Source: an uncultured Bacteroidota bacterium (lineage in GTDB: Bacteria > Bacteroidota > Bacteroidia > Flavobacteriales > Flavobacteriaceae). From it: a DNA stretch of 40,944 bases. Location of the stretch: positions 1 to 40,944 of the forward strand of contig CAISUR010000395.1 of the NCBI GenBank assembly GCA_903888655.1. The letters are read 5' to 3'. The notes under the pieces are model-generated. The model saw nothing but the letters and a program-made list of their open reading frames with translations. It had not been told where the DNA came from and did not search any database. Position numbers and translations under genes: made by a program. Position 1 is the stretch's first letter. Each line of letters opens with the position of its first letter. Of the stretch, positions 28,909 through 39,546 are shown in pieces.

Positions 28909-30300
28909 ATGAAAAGATATCTTATTGTTTTCTCCAATATCGCAATGTTACTGCTGCTTTTTAGCTGTTCTCCGACGAGTAAAATTGCAGCTTTAAAGCC
29001 TGAACCGTCTCAAAATGCACCAATGGCTTATAAAACCAATGCTTCATTTGTGAGCATGCCAATGGAAATCTCGCTTAAAGAAATTGAAAATCAACTCAAT
29101 AAAACGCTATCTGGATTGGTGTATCAAGATGATAATTTGGAAGACGACAAAACCGAAATGAAAATTTGGAAAACGGCTCCCATAAAACTAATTGAAAAAG
29201 AGGGTAAAATTGAATCGGTATTGCCGTTGAAAATTTGGGCAAAATTCAAATATGGTACTGAATTTATGGGATTGAATGACACCAGAGAAATTCAATTAAA
29301 CGGGACCATTACCTTATTAAGTAACGTTAAATTATCCAATTGGAAAATGAACACCAACTCTGTGATAGAAGATTTTCAATGGATTGAAAGTCCGAGTATT
29401 CTTGTTGCAGGGCGAAAAGTACCGATTACCTATATCATTAATCCTACTTTGTCGTTGTTCAAAAATAAAATGGCTAAAAAAATTGATGATGCGATTCAAA
29501 AATCATGTGACTTTAAACCTTATGTCTTAAATGTTTTACAAACCATGAGCAAACCGTTTGAAACCAGTCAACAATATGAAACATGGTTTAAAATGACACC
29601 GGTGGAAGTATATGTAACGGATGCCGTTTTACAAAAAAGTAAAATCAAAATGGATTTGGGATTGAAATGTACTATGCAAACAATGGTGGGCGAACAACCT
29701 AAAGCTACCTTTGATAAAGAGACTGTTTCTTTTAAACCTGTGAGTAAAGTACCCGACAAAACTACCGCTTCTGTAGCCGCCATTTCTACCTATGAAAGTG
29801 CCTCACGTATTATTACTAAAAACTTTCAAGGGAAAGAATTTGCCTCTGGAAGCCGAAAAATTGTCGTGCAAAAAGTTGATTTATGGGCAAAAGACGGCAA
29901 GATGATTATTGCGCTAGACATGACAGGAAGCATTAACGGGAGTATTTATTTGAGTGGCGTTCCTATGTATAATGCCATTACTAAAGAGATTTATTTTGAA
30001 CAAATGGATTATGTTTTAAACTCCAAAGGAATTTTAACTAAAACGGCTAACTGGTTGTTGCAGGGCGTAATTTTAAAGAAAATTGAAGAAAGTTGTCGTT
30101 ATTCCATTAAAGAAAACCTAGACGAAGGCAAAAAGAGTTTGTTGCCTTATCTCAATAACTTCTCCCCTATGAAAGGTGTTTTTGTGAACGGCGCATTAAA
30201 CGATTTTGAATTTGAAAAAATAGAATTAACCAATACTGCCATCATTGCCTTTATAACTTCTACAGGAAAAATGAACGTGAAAATTGATGGAATGGAGTAA
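28909..30300 (+). CDS. Lipoprotein, DUF4403-like
   Basis: Lipobox LFSC, LKPEP, and a beta-rich body of about 460 aa. ATG 28909 (MKRYLIV) is preferred over the track's 28822. Family recognised from memory. Confidence 0.7.
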   Translation: MKRYLIVFSNIAMLLLLFSCSPTSKIAALKPEPSQNAPMAYKTNASFVSMPMEISLKEIENQLNKTLSGLVYQDDNLEDDKTEMKIWKTAPIKLIEKEGKIESVLPLKIWAKFKYGTEFMGLNDTREIQLNGTITLLSNVKLSNWKMNTNSVIEDFQWIESPSILVAGRKVPITYIINPTLSLFKNKMAKKIDDAIQKSCDFKPYVLNVLQTMSKPFETSQQYETWFKMTPVEVYVTDAVLQKSKIKMDLGLKCTMQTMVGEQPKATFDKETVSFKPVSKVPDKTTASVAAISTYESASRIITKNFQGKEFASGSRKIVVQKVDLWAKDGKMIIALDMTGSINGSIYLSGVPMYNAITKEIYFEQMDYVLNSKGILTKTANWLLQGVILKKIEESCRYSIKENLDEGKKSLLPYLNNFSPMKGVFVNGALNDFEFEKIELTNTAIIAFITSTGKMNVKIDGME

Positions 30301-30502
30301 ATGTTTTTTTTACAAATAATTAAAGTATACTTAACGTTGCATCACATAGAAGATTAAGCTTGTTAAATCTACTGCTATTGCTGGATGCTTAAATTGGAGC
30401 GACTATTTTAAAAGAGAGAACTTCTTAACATAATGGGTTTGTATTAAGCGCTATTTAAACTTAAAAAGAAATTGATTTTAGTTTTTTTAAGTGACTATTT
30501 CC

Positions 30503-31879
30503 TTACACAGAAACCACCAACTTATCGGGATTATAACCAATGTAAGGCATTTCAGTTTCTTTGAAAATTACACCAAATTCCTCTAATTCTTTCAAAATAG
30601 GTTCATATACTTCTTTTCGGATAGGTAGCTGTACACCAGGCGTTTTAATGTTACCGTTTAAGATTTGTAAAGTCGCTATGGCAACAGGCAAACCAACGGT
30701 TTTAGCCATCGCAGTATAGGTTTGATCATCACCAATACAAACCATTTTAGAATCTATTTGATGGTCTTTTCCATCAAGTTCATAACCAAATTTGTGGTAC
30801 ATGACAATCATATCTTTATCATCGGGCTGCAAGGTCCAACAGTCATTTAAGATACGTTCGAGGATTTGGGCTGGTGTTGCATTTTTCAATCCTACAATTT
30901 TAATTGGGTTAAATAAATCCAATTCCAAAAGTTTGTCCCACATAATATCGTCCTGCTCAATGTTGAGCGCCAATCGCATTTTTATCTCTACAGAATCTGT
31001 AGGATGATACGGTAAAAAGGAGTTGGTAAATTCGCGGAAACTCATAGTTTCAGAATTTTCCATCGTATAAGTATCATCAGTCATTCCCAGTTGTACAAAC
31101 ATATTCCAAGCTTTAGAAAAACCAACTCTTCTAATGGTGCCTCGATACAGCGTCAATACGTCGTCTAAACCATAAACGCTTCGGTATTTTAAAGAATCTC
31201 TATTGGCATAGCCTTCAAATTTACCATAGCCCTCTACTGCTAAAAATTCGGTTCTTCGGAACAATTTATGATACGGAATGTATTTGTATCTTCCTTCTTG
31301 AATGAATTTGGCAGCTCCACCTTGACCTGCTAAAACCACATTTCTAGGTGCCCAAGTAAATTTGTAATTCCACAAATTGTTATCGCTCTCTGGTGCTACT
31401 AATCCGCCACAAAATGATTCGAATAATAGCATTTTCCCTCCTTTTTCTCGAATGTCATCTAATACTTTCATCGCACTCATGTGGTCAATGCCGGGGTCAA
31501 GTCCGATTTCATTCATGAAAATCAATCCATTTTCTTTCACTTGAGCATCCAATTCTTGCATTGCATCCGAAACATAAGATGCTGTAACCATGTGTTTTTT
31601 GAACGTGATACAATCTTTGGCGACTTCAATATGCATATGGGCAGGCAACATCGAAATGACAATATCTGCTTTTTGTATTTCAGCATGACGTTGCGTTTTA
31701 TTATGAATATCTAATTGGATTGCAGTGGCATTCTGATGATTGTTGGTTTTTCGTTGTGCCAACTCTAAAGATAAATCGCCAATAGTAAGATGCAGATTTT
31801 CTTGCTCGGATTTATGTAAAAGATATTGAATTAGCGAAGATGCAGAACGACCTGCACCAATAATTAGAATATTTCTCAT
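30503..31879 (-). CDS. Saccharopine dehydrogenase family protein
   Basis: Rossmann IIGAGRS, VTASYVS, NEIGLDPGIDHM, SFCGGL, YKFTWAPR, RGTIR and AMAKTVGLP. Confidence 0.93.
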   Translation of the reverse strand: MRNILIIGAGRSASSLIQYLLHKSEQENLHLTIGDLSLELAQRKTNNHQNATAIQLDIHNKTQRHAEIQKADIVISMLPAHMHIEVAKDCITFKKHMVTASYVSDAMQELDAQVKENGLIFMNEIGLDPGIDHMSAMKVLDDIREKGGKMLLFESFCGGLVAPESDNNLWNYKFTWAPRNVVLAGQGGAAKFIQEGRYKYIPYHKLFRRTEFLAVEGYGKFEGYANRDSLKYRSVYGLDDVLTLYRGTIRRVGFSKAWNMFVQLGMTDDTYTMENSETMSFREFTNSFLPYHPTDSVEIKMRLALNIEQDDIMWDKLLELDLFNPIKIVGLKNATPAQILERILNDCWTLQPDDKDMIVMYHKFGYELDGKDHQIDSKMVCIGDDQTYTAMAKTVGLPVAIATLQILNGNIKTPGVQLPIRKEVYEPILKELEEFGVIFKETEMPYIGYNPDKLVVSV

Positions 31880-31899
31880 GGTTTGTTTGTAATAGGCTG

Positions 31900-31907
31900 C
31901 AAAGCTA
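31900..31907 (-). promoter_or_regulatory. -7 box (TAGCTTTG)
   Basis: caaagcta on the + strand, 20 nt upstream of the saccharopine dehydrogenase ATG. Confidence 0.6.
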
Positions 31908-32026
31908 AAGAAATTTCAATAAAAAAAATCCAAATTAAAATGCTATCTTGAAATAGAGTTAGCAATTGGGGGATGGAAGTTTTGTAAAACTACCATTGAA
32001 CACTAATCACAAAAAACTGAACTCTT

Positions 32027-32353
32027 CTACTTCAAATCCTTTTCTAAATCTTCCAATTCTTTTTTGGCTTCTTGTTTGGTTTCTGCTTTTTGTTGTTCAA
32101 ATTTGGTGTCTTTAGCATCTTTATCTTTTAGTAGAAACGTTTTTCCAACGACAACAATAGCACAAAGGTAAGCGACGATAAAAAGTCTTTTAGGCAATGT
32201 TCTTTCAGCGATGGTCGATTTTTTAAAGGAAATAAATATTGTTATAATAGCTAAAATTATAGGAGCTAAAGCCAAAGTTCCTAATGGTAAAACCGAAAAA
32301 ATTATACTAATAATCGTTAATATAATGGATAATATAATAAATGTTTTTCTCAT
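32027..32353 (-). CDS. Hypothetical membrane protein (about 3 TM helices, charged C-tail)
   Basis: Hydrophobic segments followed by a K/E-rich coiled tail. Lies 10 nt downstream of the upstream co-oriented gene. Confidence 0.75.
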   Translation of the reverse strand: MRKTFIILSIILTIISIIFSVLPLGTLALAPIILAIITIFISFKKSTIAERTLPKRLFIVAYLCAIVVVGKTFLLKDKDAKDTKFEQQKAETKQEAKKELEDLEKDLK

Positions 32354-32363
32354 TGGTATTGCA

Positions 32364-33125
32364 TTAAATTCCTGTTGCCGAGGTTAAAGCCAATTGACCT
32401 GTTCCTACCGGAATACTAAATTTCATTAAAGTTGGAATTTTTTTAGCATCCGCAGTTAAGTAGATTAAGTTTTTATCTTTTCCTTTTAACACATCGGTTT
32501 TGGCTCCAATAGAAAGTTTGTAGCAGTTTTTAGACCCTAAATTTCCAGCTGAAATGGTTTCTGTTCCTAATAATTTAACGGTAACCGGAATTTGTGTTTC
32601 GTCAAAAACGATCGTGAAGGATTGCGCTTGACCTGTTTTCATTTTAGACAAATCCATTGTTCTCAATTTATACATAATCGATACTACATCTTGCGTTGCA
32701 TTACCAATAGAAAACGTTTTAGTAGTTTCTGGAGTAGTTCTTTTTTTTGTGGTACTCGTTATCGTGTTTCCTTTAAAAACATATTTCTCTTTCTTGATGT
32801 ACCCACCTTCTTCGATACTTCTTTTGTATAAACTTGGCTTCAAAGTAATAGGATCAACATAGGATTCGTAAAGGTCACGAATTTTAAAAAACTTATCCCA
32901 TTTAGCATACGTTGCTAATTCGCAATTCAAATGTAAATAGGAATTCTTTGAAGTAGACACTCTATCAGTAGATAACGTAACTTGAGCCAACTGTGTCATC
33001 AATCCACTCATATTATAGGAACCCATAAAAACCAATTTCTCTCCTGCCGGAATTCCTAGCGTACTTTCAGATTTAAAAGAACAAAGTGTCAAAATAATAG
33101 CGATGACTAATAGTGCTTTTCTCAT
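32364..33125 (-). CDS. DUF3108-like exported protein
   Basis: Signal peptide, GEKL.F..SY, FFKIRDLYESY, EGGY, CYKL and TADAKKIP...VGTG motifs. Confidence 0.75.
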   Translation of the reverse strand: MRKALLVIAIILTLCSFKSESTLGIPAGEKLVFMGSYNMSGLMTQLAQVTLSTDRVSTSKNSYLHLNCELATYAKWDKFFKIRDLYESYVDPITLKPSLYKRSIEEGGYIKKEKYVFKGNTITSTTKKRTTPETTKTFSIGNATQDVVSIMYKLRTMDLSKMKTGQAQSFTIVFDETQIPVTVKLLGTETISAGNLGSKNCYKLSIGAKTDVLKGKDKNLIYLTADAKKIPTLMKFSIPVGTGQLALTSATGI

Positions 33126-33142
33126 GTCAAAAAATTTAAATG

Positions 33143-33223
33143 CAAATATAAAAGTTTATAATGGTTAAAGTCAAAAAGAAAACATAAAATCCTTTACGGT
33201 TTAATACATAACAGATAAATTTG
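33143..33223. promoter_or_regulatory. Divergent promoter pair: -7 boxes TATATTTG (minus, 33143-33150) and TAAATTTG (plus, 33216-33223)
   Basis: Both match TAnnTTTG and lie 17-24 nt upstream of their respective ATGs. Confidence 0.55.
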
Positions 33224-33247
33224 TAGCAAATACATACACAATTACCA

Positions 33248-33634
33248 ATGGATAAAAAAATTCTTTCTACAGCTGGTTTTTTCGGCATGACTGCCATTAT
33301 CTTGGGAGCTTTTGGCGCACATGCCTTGAAAAAAACACTCACAATAGACCAATTAGCGACTTTTGAAACGGGAGTAAAATATCAGATGTATCATGCGTTG
33401 TTTTTACTTTTTTTAGGATTAAATACGCAGCTATCAAATAAAATTAAGAAAACTATTTTAACGCTAACCATTCTCGGCGTCATTTTATTTTCTGGGTCTA
33501 TTTATTTGCTCGCAACCGATAGTTTAAACAGCTTTAATTTTAAAGTAATCGGATTTGTAACTCCAATTGGAGGACTACTGTTAATAATAGCTTGGAGCTC
33601 ATTAATGCTACATTTCTTAAAGAAAAAATCATAA
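33248..33634 (+). CDS. DUF423 (YgdD/TMEM256) membrane protein
   Basis: LGAFGAHAL, FETGVKYQMYHA, LFSGSIY and TPIGG. Confidence 0.92.
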   Translation: MDKKILSTAGFFGMTAIILGAFGAHALKKTLTIDQLATFETGVKYQMYHALFLLFLGLNTQLSNKIKKTILTLTILGVILFSGSIYLLATDSLNSFNFKVIGFVTPIGGLLLIIAWSSLMLHFLKKKS

Positions 33635-33671
33635 TTTCTTAATTTACTACAACGTTGTAATAATTAATTTT

Positions 33672-33679
33672 TACCTTTG
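33672..33679 (+). promoter_or_regulatory. -7 box (TACCTTTG) for pckA
   Basis: TAnnTTTG 35 nt upstream of ATG 33715. Confidence 0.6.
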
Positions 33680-33714
33680 TAGTCGAAATACTAATTGCAA
33701 CAAACTAATTTTCT

Positions 33715-35340
33715 ATGGAGAATACTGCCCAATTTACGAAATCGATTTCGTTAGATAAATACGGAATAAAAAATGCTCAAGAAATTATTTATAATCCCTC
33801 ATTTGATTTTTTGTATCGTGAAGAATTAAATCCGAGTTTAGAAGGCTATGAAAGAGGTCAACTTACAGAACTTGGAGCAGTGAATGTTATGACTGGAGAA
33901 TTTACTGGTCGTTCTCCCAAAGATAAATATATTGTTAAAGATGCCGTTACTGAAAACACGATTTGGTGGAATTCTGAAAAAGCGGTTAATGATAACAAAC
34001 CTATATCACAAAACACTTGGAATGCCCTTAAAGAAACCACGGTAAATCAACTCTCGGGTAAACGTTTGTTTGTAGTCGATGCTTTTTGTGGTGCCAACGA
34101 GAATACGCGTCTGAAAGTGCGTTTCATTATGGAGGTCGCTTGGCAAGCTCATTTTGTAAAAAATATGTTCATCCGCCCAACAGATCAAGAATTAGAGCAC
34201 TTTGGCGAACCCGATTTTGTGGTGATGAATGGTTCTAAGACTAGTTTCAAAGACTATGCTGCTCACGGACTGAACTCTGAAGTGTATATTGCATTCAATC
34301 TTACGGAAAAAATCCAATTAATTGGAGGTACTTGGTATGGTGGCGAAATGAAAAAAGGATTATTCTCGATGATGAATTATTACTTGCCGCTTCAAGGAAT
34401 GGCTTCGATGCATTGCTCGGCTAATAAAGGGAAAGATGGCGATGTTGCTATTTTCTTTGGATTATCTGGAACTGGAAAAACCACTTTGTCGACAGACCCA
34501 AAACGCGAATTAATCGGAGATGACGAACACGGCTGGGATGACGAAGGAGTGTTTAACTTCGAAGGCGGATGTTATGCCAAAACCATAGATTTAAGTGCCG
34601 CAAATGAACCAGATATTTATGGAGCCATTACCAAAGATGCATTATTAGAAAACGTAACGGTTGATGCTAATGGCAAAATTGATTTTAAAGACGGTTCTGT
34701 GACACAAAATACACGTGTTTCGTATCCTATTAATCATATTCATAATATTGTGAAGCCGATTTCAAAAGCAGGTCATGCTACTAAGGTCATCTTTTTAACC
34801 GCAGATGCTTTTGGAGTCATGCCGCCTGTTTCTAAATTAACACCAGAACAAACTAAATACTATTTCCTTTCGGGTTTTACCGCAAAATTAGCGGGCACAG
34901 AACGAGGAGTGACACAACCAGAACCAACATTCTCGGCGTGTTTCGGAAAAGCGTTCTTGTCATTACACCCAACGCAATACGGACAAGAATTGGTTAAGAA
35001 AATGGAAAAACACAAGGCTACTGCCTATATGGTAAATACCGGCTGGAACGGTTCTGGAAAACGTATTTCCATAAAAGATACGCGTGCCATTATTGACGCC
35101 ATTCTCGATGGTTCGATAGAAAAAGCCGAAACGAAAATCATTCCAACATTCAATTTTGTAGTTCCAACGGCATTACACGATGTAGATTCTGCGATTTTAG
35201 ACCCTAGAGATACCTACACAGATGTCGCTGAATGGGAAACTAAAGCCCAAGATTTAGCAGGAAGATTTATTAAAAATTTCTTGCAATATACAGATAATGA
35301 AGAAGGGCAACATTTAGTAAAAGCGGGCCCTCAATTATAA
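33715..35340 (+). CDS. pckA: Phosphoenolpyruvate carboxykinase (ATP)
   Basis: [42 protein letters not shown] and NTR. Confidence 0.97.
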   Translation: MENTAQFTKSISLDKYGIKNAQEIIYNPSFDFLYREELNPSLEGYERGQLTELGAVNVMTGEFTGRSPKDKYIVKDAVTENTIWWNSEKAVNDNKPISQNTWNALKETTVNQLSGKRLFVVDAFCGANENTRLKVRFIMEVAWQAHFVKNMFIRPTDQELEHFGEPDFVVMNGSKTSFKDYAAHGLNSEVYIAFNLTEKIQLIGGTWYGGEMKKGLFSMMNYYLPLQGMASMHCSANKGKDGDVAIFFGLSGTGKTTLSTDPKRELIGDDEHGWDDEGVFNFEGGCYAKTIDLSAANEPDIYGAITKDALLENVTVDANGKIDFKDGSVTQNTRVSYPINHIHNIVKPISKAGHATKVIFLTADAFGVMPPVSKLTPEQTKYYFLSGFTAKLAGTERGVTQPEPTFSACFGKAFLSLHPTQYGQELVKKMEKHKATAYMVNTGWNGSGKRISIKDTRAIIDAILDGSIEKAETKIIPTFNFVVPTALHDVDSAILDPRDTYTDVAEWETKAQDLAGRFIKNFLQYTDNEEGQHLVKAGPQL

Positions 35341-35380
35341 AATGAATGTAAAGTTTATCGAATAGTGTCTTTAAATAAAT

Positions 35381-35404
35381 CCCTCAACTGCACTCGGGGC
35401 GTCA
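35381..35404. repeat. Single degenerate REP-like unit ccctcaactgcactcggggcgtca
   Basis: GC-rich patch whose reverse complement (tgacgccccgagtgcagttgaggg) shares the gagYgcagtY core with 21955-21979. Confidence 0.45.
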
Positions 35405-35460
35405 TTTGGAACTATGTATAACTAAATTAAAACAACAAACAAACTATACTTAAACAAACG

Positions 35461-35491
35461 AAAAAGTTCGGCAGCAATGTCGGACTTTTTT
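35461..35491 (+). terminator. Terminator after pckA
   Basis: aaaaagttcggca-gcaa-tgtcggactttttt hairpin with G-U pairs and a T-tail. Confidence 0.75.
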
Positions 35492-35496
35492 CAAAT

Positions 35497-35532
35497 AAAA
35501 AAATCCCAAACTCATTTCAGAGCTTGGGATTT
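35497..35532 (-). terminator. Terminator after hemD
   Basis: Stem aaatcccaa / ttgggattt, with an A-run on the left that reads as a U-tail on the minus strand. Confidence 0.75.
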
Positions 35533-35551
35533 CAACTATCGTAACTAAAAA

Positions 35552-36310
35552 TTATTTTCCTTTGTTTGCCTCGGCAACATAACGCTCTAAAGCCATTGTC
35601 ATTGAGGGCGTTTCAGGGGTTGGAGCCAAAATATCAATTCGTAATCCATGATCTAAAGCTTCTTTTTGAGTAGTACTTCCAAATACAGCTATTCTCGTAT
35701 TGTTTTGCTTAAAATCTGGAAAGTTTTTAAACAATGATTTGATTCCCGTTGGACTAAAAAAGGCTAAGACATCATAATATACATCGGCCAAATCAGACAA
35801 ATCACTCATTACCGTTTTGTAGAATACTGCTTGCGTCCAATTGACTTTTAAGTTGTTTAAAGTAATTGGAGCATCTGCATTCAGTTGGTCGGAAGCTGGC
35901 AACAAGAATTTTTCTTCTTTATATTTTTTGAAAAGAGCAGTCATGTCGGCAAAATCTTTTTGACCTACATAAATCTTTCTTTTTCTGTATACCACGTACT
36001 TCTGCAGATAAAAAGCAATAGCTTCTGATTGGCAAAAATATCGTAAATCTTCTGGAACTTTATATCGCATTTCTTCCGCTACCCTAAAAAAGTGATCTAC
36101 TGCATTTCTGCTAGTTAAGATTATAGCCGTAAAATTATTTAGGTCAATTTTTTGAGCTCTTATATCTTTTGCGCTAACGCCTTCTACGTGAATAAAAGAA
36201 CGAAAATCAACTTTTACCTTATGCTTTTGTTGCAAATCAAAATAAGGTGAATTATCTACTTTTGGTTCTGGTTGTGATACCAAAATTGTTCTCACTTTCA
36301 AATTTGACAT
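35552..36310 (-). CDS. hemD: Uroporphyrinogen-III synthase
   Basis: ILVSQPEP, ILTSRNAVDHFF, YKTV, FFSPTGIKS and AVFGSTT, matching Bacteroidota HemD. Confidence 0.9.
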   Translation of the reverse strand: MSNLKVRTILVSQPEPKVDNSPYFDLQQKHKVKVDFRSFIHVEGVSAKDIRAQKIDLNNFTAIILTSRNAVDHFFRVAEEMRYKVPEDLRYFCQSEAIAFYLQKYVVYRKRKIYVGQKDFADMTALFKKYKEEKFLLPASDQLNADAPITLNNLKVNWTQAVFYKTVMSDLSDLADVYYDVLAFFSPTGIKSLFKNFPDFKQNNTRIAVFGSTTQKEALDHGLRIDILAPTPETPSMTMALERYVAEANKGK

Positions 36311-36319
36311 ATTTAAACT

Positions 36320-36985
36320 CTAATTTTTTGTAATCAAATAAAATATGAAATAATAGGGCGCTATTTCAAGTGCGCAAAGATACAAAATAAAATAAAACAT
36401 CTTACCTATCACTAAATTTTGATAATTTTTTAAAGAAATTACATAAGTTAACAAATTTGCTAACAATAACACAACGATTAAAACATTAATCATTGAATTT
36501 GTTAGATAATTTCCATAAAACAAAATAACCGTAATAGGCAAAAGCAACAATCCGAGGTAAGTTCTGAACGTAACTTTTTGTAAATTAAATTGTTCAATGA
36601 TTTCTTCAATGCCAAATGTTGTGGCAATAATCTTTTCTACCAAAAATTTTGAGAGCACAAAAACATTCAAAAGAGTAAAAATTCTAACAAACAATACCCA
36701 ATCTGTTTTAATACCATAACCAAAATGAGATACAACTAATTGTATGAAAAATGAAAATGAAATTGCATTGATAGCATACAAGAGCACATTAAATCCGCTC
36801 ATTAAATGACTGCTTTCTCTATAAATTTTGGTGTATTTATCAGAGACAAACAAACGAATGTAATCATTAAATCTAGATTCAAAATTCGATTTTGCTAGCG
36901 AAATTAGCACCAATGAAAACACAAAAACCAGTGTTGCCCAGTCTTTACTTTCTATATTCCTAAGGTGTAATTGAATTTCCATCAT
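36320..36985 (-). CDS. DUF4271 family membrane protein
   Basis: Multi-TM protein ending FYFILYLCALEIAP, upstream of hemD. A -7 box at 36992-36999 favours ATG 36985 or 36982 over the track's 36994. Confidence 0.85.
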   Translation of the reverse strand: MMEIQLHLRNIESKDWATLVFVFSLVLISLAKSNFESRFNDYIRLFVSDKYTKIYRESSHLMSGFNVLLYAINAISFSFFIQLVVSHFGYGIKTDWVLFVRIFTLLNVFVLSKFLVEKIIATTFGIEEIIEQFNLQKVTFRTYLGLLLLPITVILFYGNYLTNSMINVLIVVLLLANLLTYVISLKNYQNLVIGKMFYFILYLCALEIAPYYFIFYLITKN

Positions 36986-36991
36986 TGGTGA

Positions 36992-37068
36992 CAAAATTAC
37001 TAAATTTTATTTGTTGATTACTATTATAAAATTATTAAGATTATCAAGATATAAAATGAGTATTTTTG
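36992..37068. promoter_or_regulatory. Divergent promoter pair: TAATTTTG (minus, 36992-36999) and TATTTTTG (plus, 37061-37068)
   Basis: Both match TAnnTTTG, each just upstream of the preferred ATG. Confidence 0.5.
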
Positions 37069-37089
37069 CACAAATCTTTGAAGCTAACT

Positions 37090-37815
37090 ATGACTTGTGG
37101 TATTGTAATTATTCCTACGTATAACGAAATAGAAAATATTGAAAGTATTGTCAGAGCGGTGTTCTCATTACATAAATCGTTTCACATTTTAGTGGTAGAC
37201 GACAATTCGCCAGACCGAACTGCAGACAAAGTTATAGCACTCCAAAAAGAGTTTGCCAACCAATTGTTTATAGAACAACGCACCAAAAAAGCAGGATTAG
37301 GAACAGCCTATGTGCATGGATTCAAGTGGGCATTAGCTAGAGACTATGAATTTATTTTTGAAATGGACGCCGATTTTTCTCACAATCCAAATGATTTAGA
37401 AAAATTACACGATGCTTGTCATTTCGAAGGAGCTAATGTAGCGATTGGTTCGCGTTATGTTACTGGAGTGAATGTAGTAAATTGGCCTTTAAGCCGTGTC
37501 TTATTATCATATTTTGCTTCGGTATATGTGCGAATGATTACGGGAATGAAAATCATGGATGCCACGGCTGGATTTATTTGTTATCACAGAAAAGTACTAG
37601 AAAGCATCAATTTGGATAAGATAAAATTCATTGGATATGCCTTTCAAATTGAGATGAAATACCGGGCGTTTAGTAAAAATTTTATCATTCAAGAAGTACC
37701 TGTTATTTTTACGGATAGAACCAAAGGACAATCCAAGATGAGCAGCTCCATCATTAAAGAAGCCATTTTTGGAGTATTATCGCTTCGTGTTAAAAAGTTA
37801 TTTAATCAATTATAA
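37090..37815 (+). CDS. Polyprenol monophosphomannose synthase (GT2, DPM1-like)
   Basis: IIPTYNE, VVDDNSPD, GLGTAY, EMDADFSH, GSRY, DATAGF and FTDRTKGQSKM. ATG 37090 preferred. Often annotated ppm1 or dpm1. Confidence 0.93.
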   Translation: MTCGIVIIPTYNEIENIESIVRAVFSLHKSFHILVVDDNSPDRTADKVIALQKEFANQLFIEQRTKKAGLGTAYVHGFKWALARDYEFIFEMDADFSHNPNDLEKLHDACHFEGANVAIGSRYVTGVNVVNWPLSRVLLSYFASVYVRMITGMKIMDATAGFICYHRKVLESINLDKIKFIGYAFQIEMKYRAFSKNFIIQEVPVIFTDRTKGQSKMSSSIIKEAIFGVLSLRVKKLFNQL

Positions 37816-37823
37816 CATCACCT

Positions 37824-39164
37824 ATGAATACCGTTTTAATAAAAAATGCCAAGATTGTAAATGAGGGAATAATTTTTGAAGGCGACGTTCTTATTGAAGG
37901 AGAATTTATAACTGAAATTGCGGAGAGCATTAGCCATAAAAGTTCCAATTGCAAAGTTATTGATGCCGAAGGAAGTTATCTAATTCCGGGAGCTATTGAT
38001 GATCAGGTGCATTTTCGTGAACCTGGACTTACACATAAAGGCGATATCGCGTCAGAAAGTCGTGCCGCTGTAGCTGGTGGAATTACCTCTTTTATCGAGC
38101 AACCCAATACGGTTCCGAATGCGGTTACTCAAGAATTATTAGAACAAAAATACCAAATAGCCGCCGAAAAATCGTATGCGAATTATTCGTTTATGATGGG
38201 TGGAACCAACGACAATTTAGAAGAAATATTGAAGACCAACCCCAGAAATATTGCCGGACTTAAACTCTTTTTAGGGTCGTCAACAGGCGATATGCTAGTG
38301 GATAGTTCGGAATCTTTAGAAAAAATATTTTCAAATACTAAATTGTTGATTGCCGTTCACAGCGAAGACGAAACCACGGTGAAAGAAAATCTTGAAAAAT
38401 TCAAATCGCAATATGGCGACGATATTCCCGTAAAATTTCATCCCGAAATTAGAAGCGTAGAAGCCTGTTATAAATCGACGGTGAAAGTGATTGATTTAGC
38501 CAAAAGAACTGGGGCTCGATTGCATGTATTTCATATCTCAACAGCCAAAGAATTGGATTTGTTTACCAATAAAATTCCATTAGAAGAAAAGCAAATCACT
38601 GCCGAAGTGTGCATTCACCACCTTTGGTTTTCAGATGAAGATTATGCTACCAAAGGAAATTTCATCAAATGGAATCCTGCAGTAAAAGCTGCATCCGATA
38701 GAGAAGCTCTGTGGAAAGCCTTGCTTGACGATCGTATAGATGTTATTGCCACCGATCATGCTCCGCATACTATAGAAGAAAAATCAAAGCAATACACAAG
38801 TGCTCCTTCGGGCGGTCCTTTAGTGCAACATGCTGTGGTGGCATTATTCGAAGCGCATCATCAAGGTAAAATTTCGGTGGAGAAAATTGTGGAGAAAATG
38901 TGTCATAATCCGGCGAAGATTTTTAAAATTGAAAAACGTGGCTTTATCAAAGAAGGATTTTATGCTGATTTAGCGATTGTCAATCCCGCCAAACCTTGGA
39001 GTGTCAATAAAGATAACATTTTATACAAATGCGGATGGTCTCCATTTGAGGGTACAAATTTCAAATCGAGGGTTTCGCATACTTTTGTAAACGGACAATT
39101 GGTTTATGAAAATGCAAAAATTAAAGAAATCAAAGCAGGTCAACGTTTACTTTTTGATAGATAA
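37824..39164 (+). CDS. pyrC: Dihydroorotase
   Basis: DDQVHFREPG, AVAGG.TS, KLFLGSSTG, VHSED, HVFHIST, KWNP and ATDHAPH. Confidence 0.93.
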   Translation: MNTVLIKNAKIVNEGIIFEGDVLIEGEFITEIAESISHKSSNCKVIDAEGSYLIPGAIDDQVHFREPGLTHKGDIASESRAAVAGGITSFIEQPNTVPNAVTQELLEQKYQIAAEKSYANYSFMMGGTNDNLEEILKTNPRNIAGLKLFLGSSTGDMLVDSSESLEKIFSNTKLLIAVHSEDETTVKENLEKFKSQYGDDIPVKFHPEIRSVEACYKSTVKVIDLAKRTGARLHVFHISTAKELDLFTNKIPLEEKQITAEVCIHHLWFSDEDYATKGNFIKWNPAVKAASDREALWKALLDDRIDVIATDHAPHTIEEKSKQYTSAPSGGPLVQHAVVALFEAHHQGKISVEKIVEKMCHNPAKIFKIEKRGFIKEGFYADLAIVNPAKPWSVNKDNILYKCGWSPFEGTNFKSRVSHTFVNGQLVYENAKIKEIKAGQRLLFDR

Positions 39165-39171
39165 TTGAAAG

Positions 39172-39546
39172 ATGAAGAAACTAGTTTTATTTATTTTAGC
39201 AGTAGCGCTGTTTACTACAAGTTGTAAAGACAACAGCATCAAAAAACCCAAAAATCTTATTGAAAGAAATAAGATGATTGCAATTATTCATGATTTAGCC
39301 TTACTGGAAGGCGCAAAATCGCAAACTGCAGGAACGGTAAAATATCCTAAACCTATCGAATTTATAAAAAATAAATATAAAGTAGACAGCTTGACTTTTG
39401 CACAAAGCACCCAATATTATGCCTCCGACAGCAAAGACTACAAAAAGATGTATGAAGAGGTCAAAAACCAACTGAAAAAAGAAAGCATTAAACTCAACGG
39501 CGGAAAACCACTACCGCAAGACATGAACCAGCCTTTGGTGAAATAA
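39172..39546 (+). CDS. DUF4296 family lipoprotein
   Basis: Lipobox TTSC, KPKNLI, KYKVDS.TFAQS..YY and Y..MYEEV. Follows pyrC. Confidence 0.85.
   Translation: MKKLVLFILAVALFTTSCKDNSIKKPKNLIERNKMIAIIHDLALLEGAKSQTAGTVKYPKPIEFIKNKYKVDSLTFAQSTQYYASDSKDYKKMYEEVKNQLKKESIKLNGGKPLPQDMNQPLVK

Noticed and set aside
30301-30502. 200-bp gap between the convergent DUF4403-like and saccharopine dehydrogenase genes
   Set aside because: I found no convincing hairpin, RNA gene or ORF by eye.
35428-35460. aaacaacaaacaaac low-complexity tract after pckA
   Set aside because: It is too short and irregular to support a repeat call.
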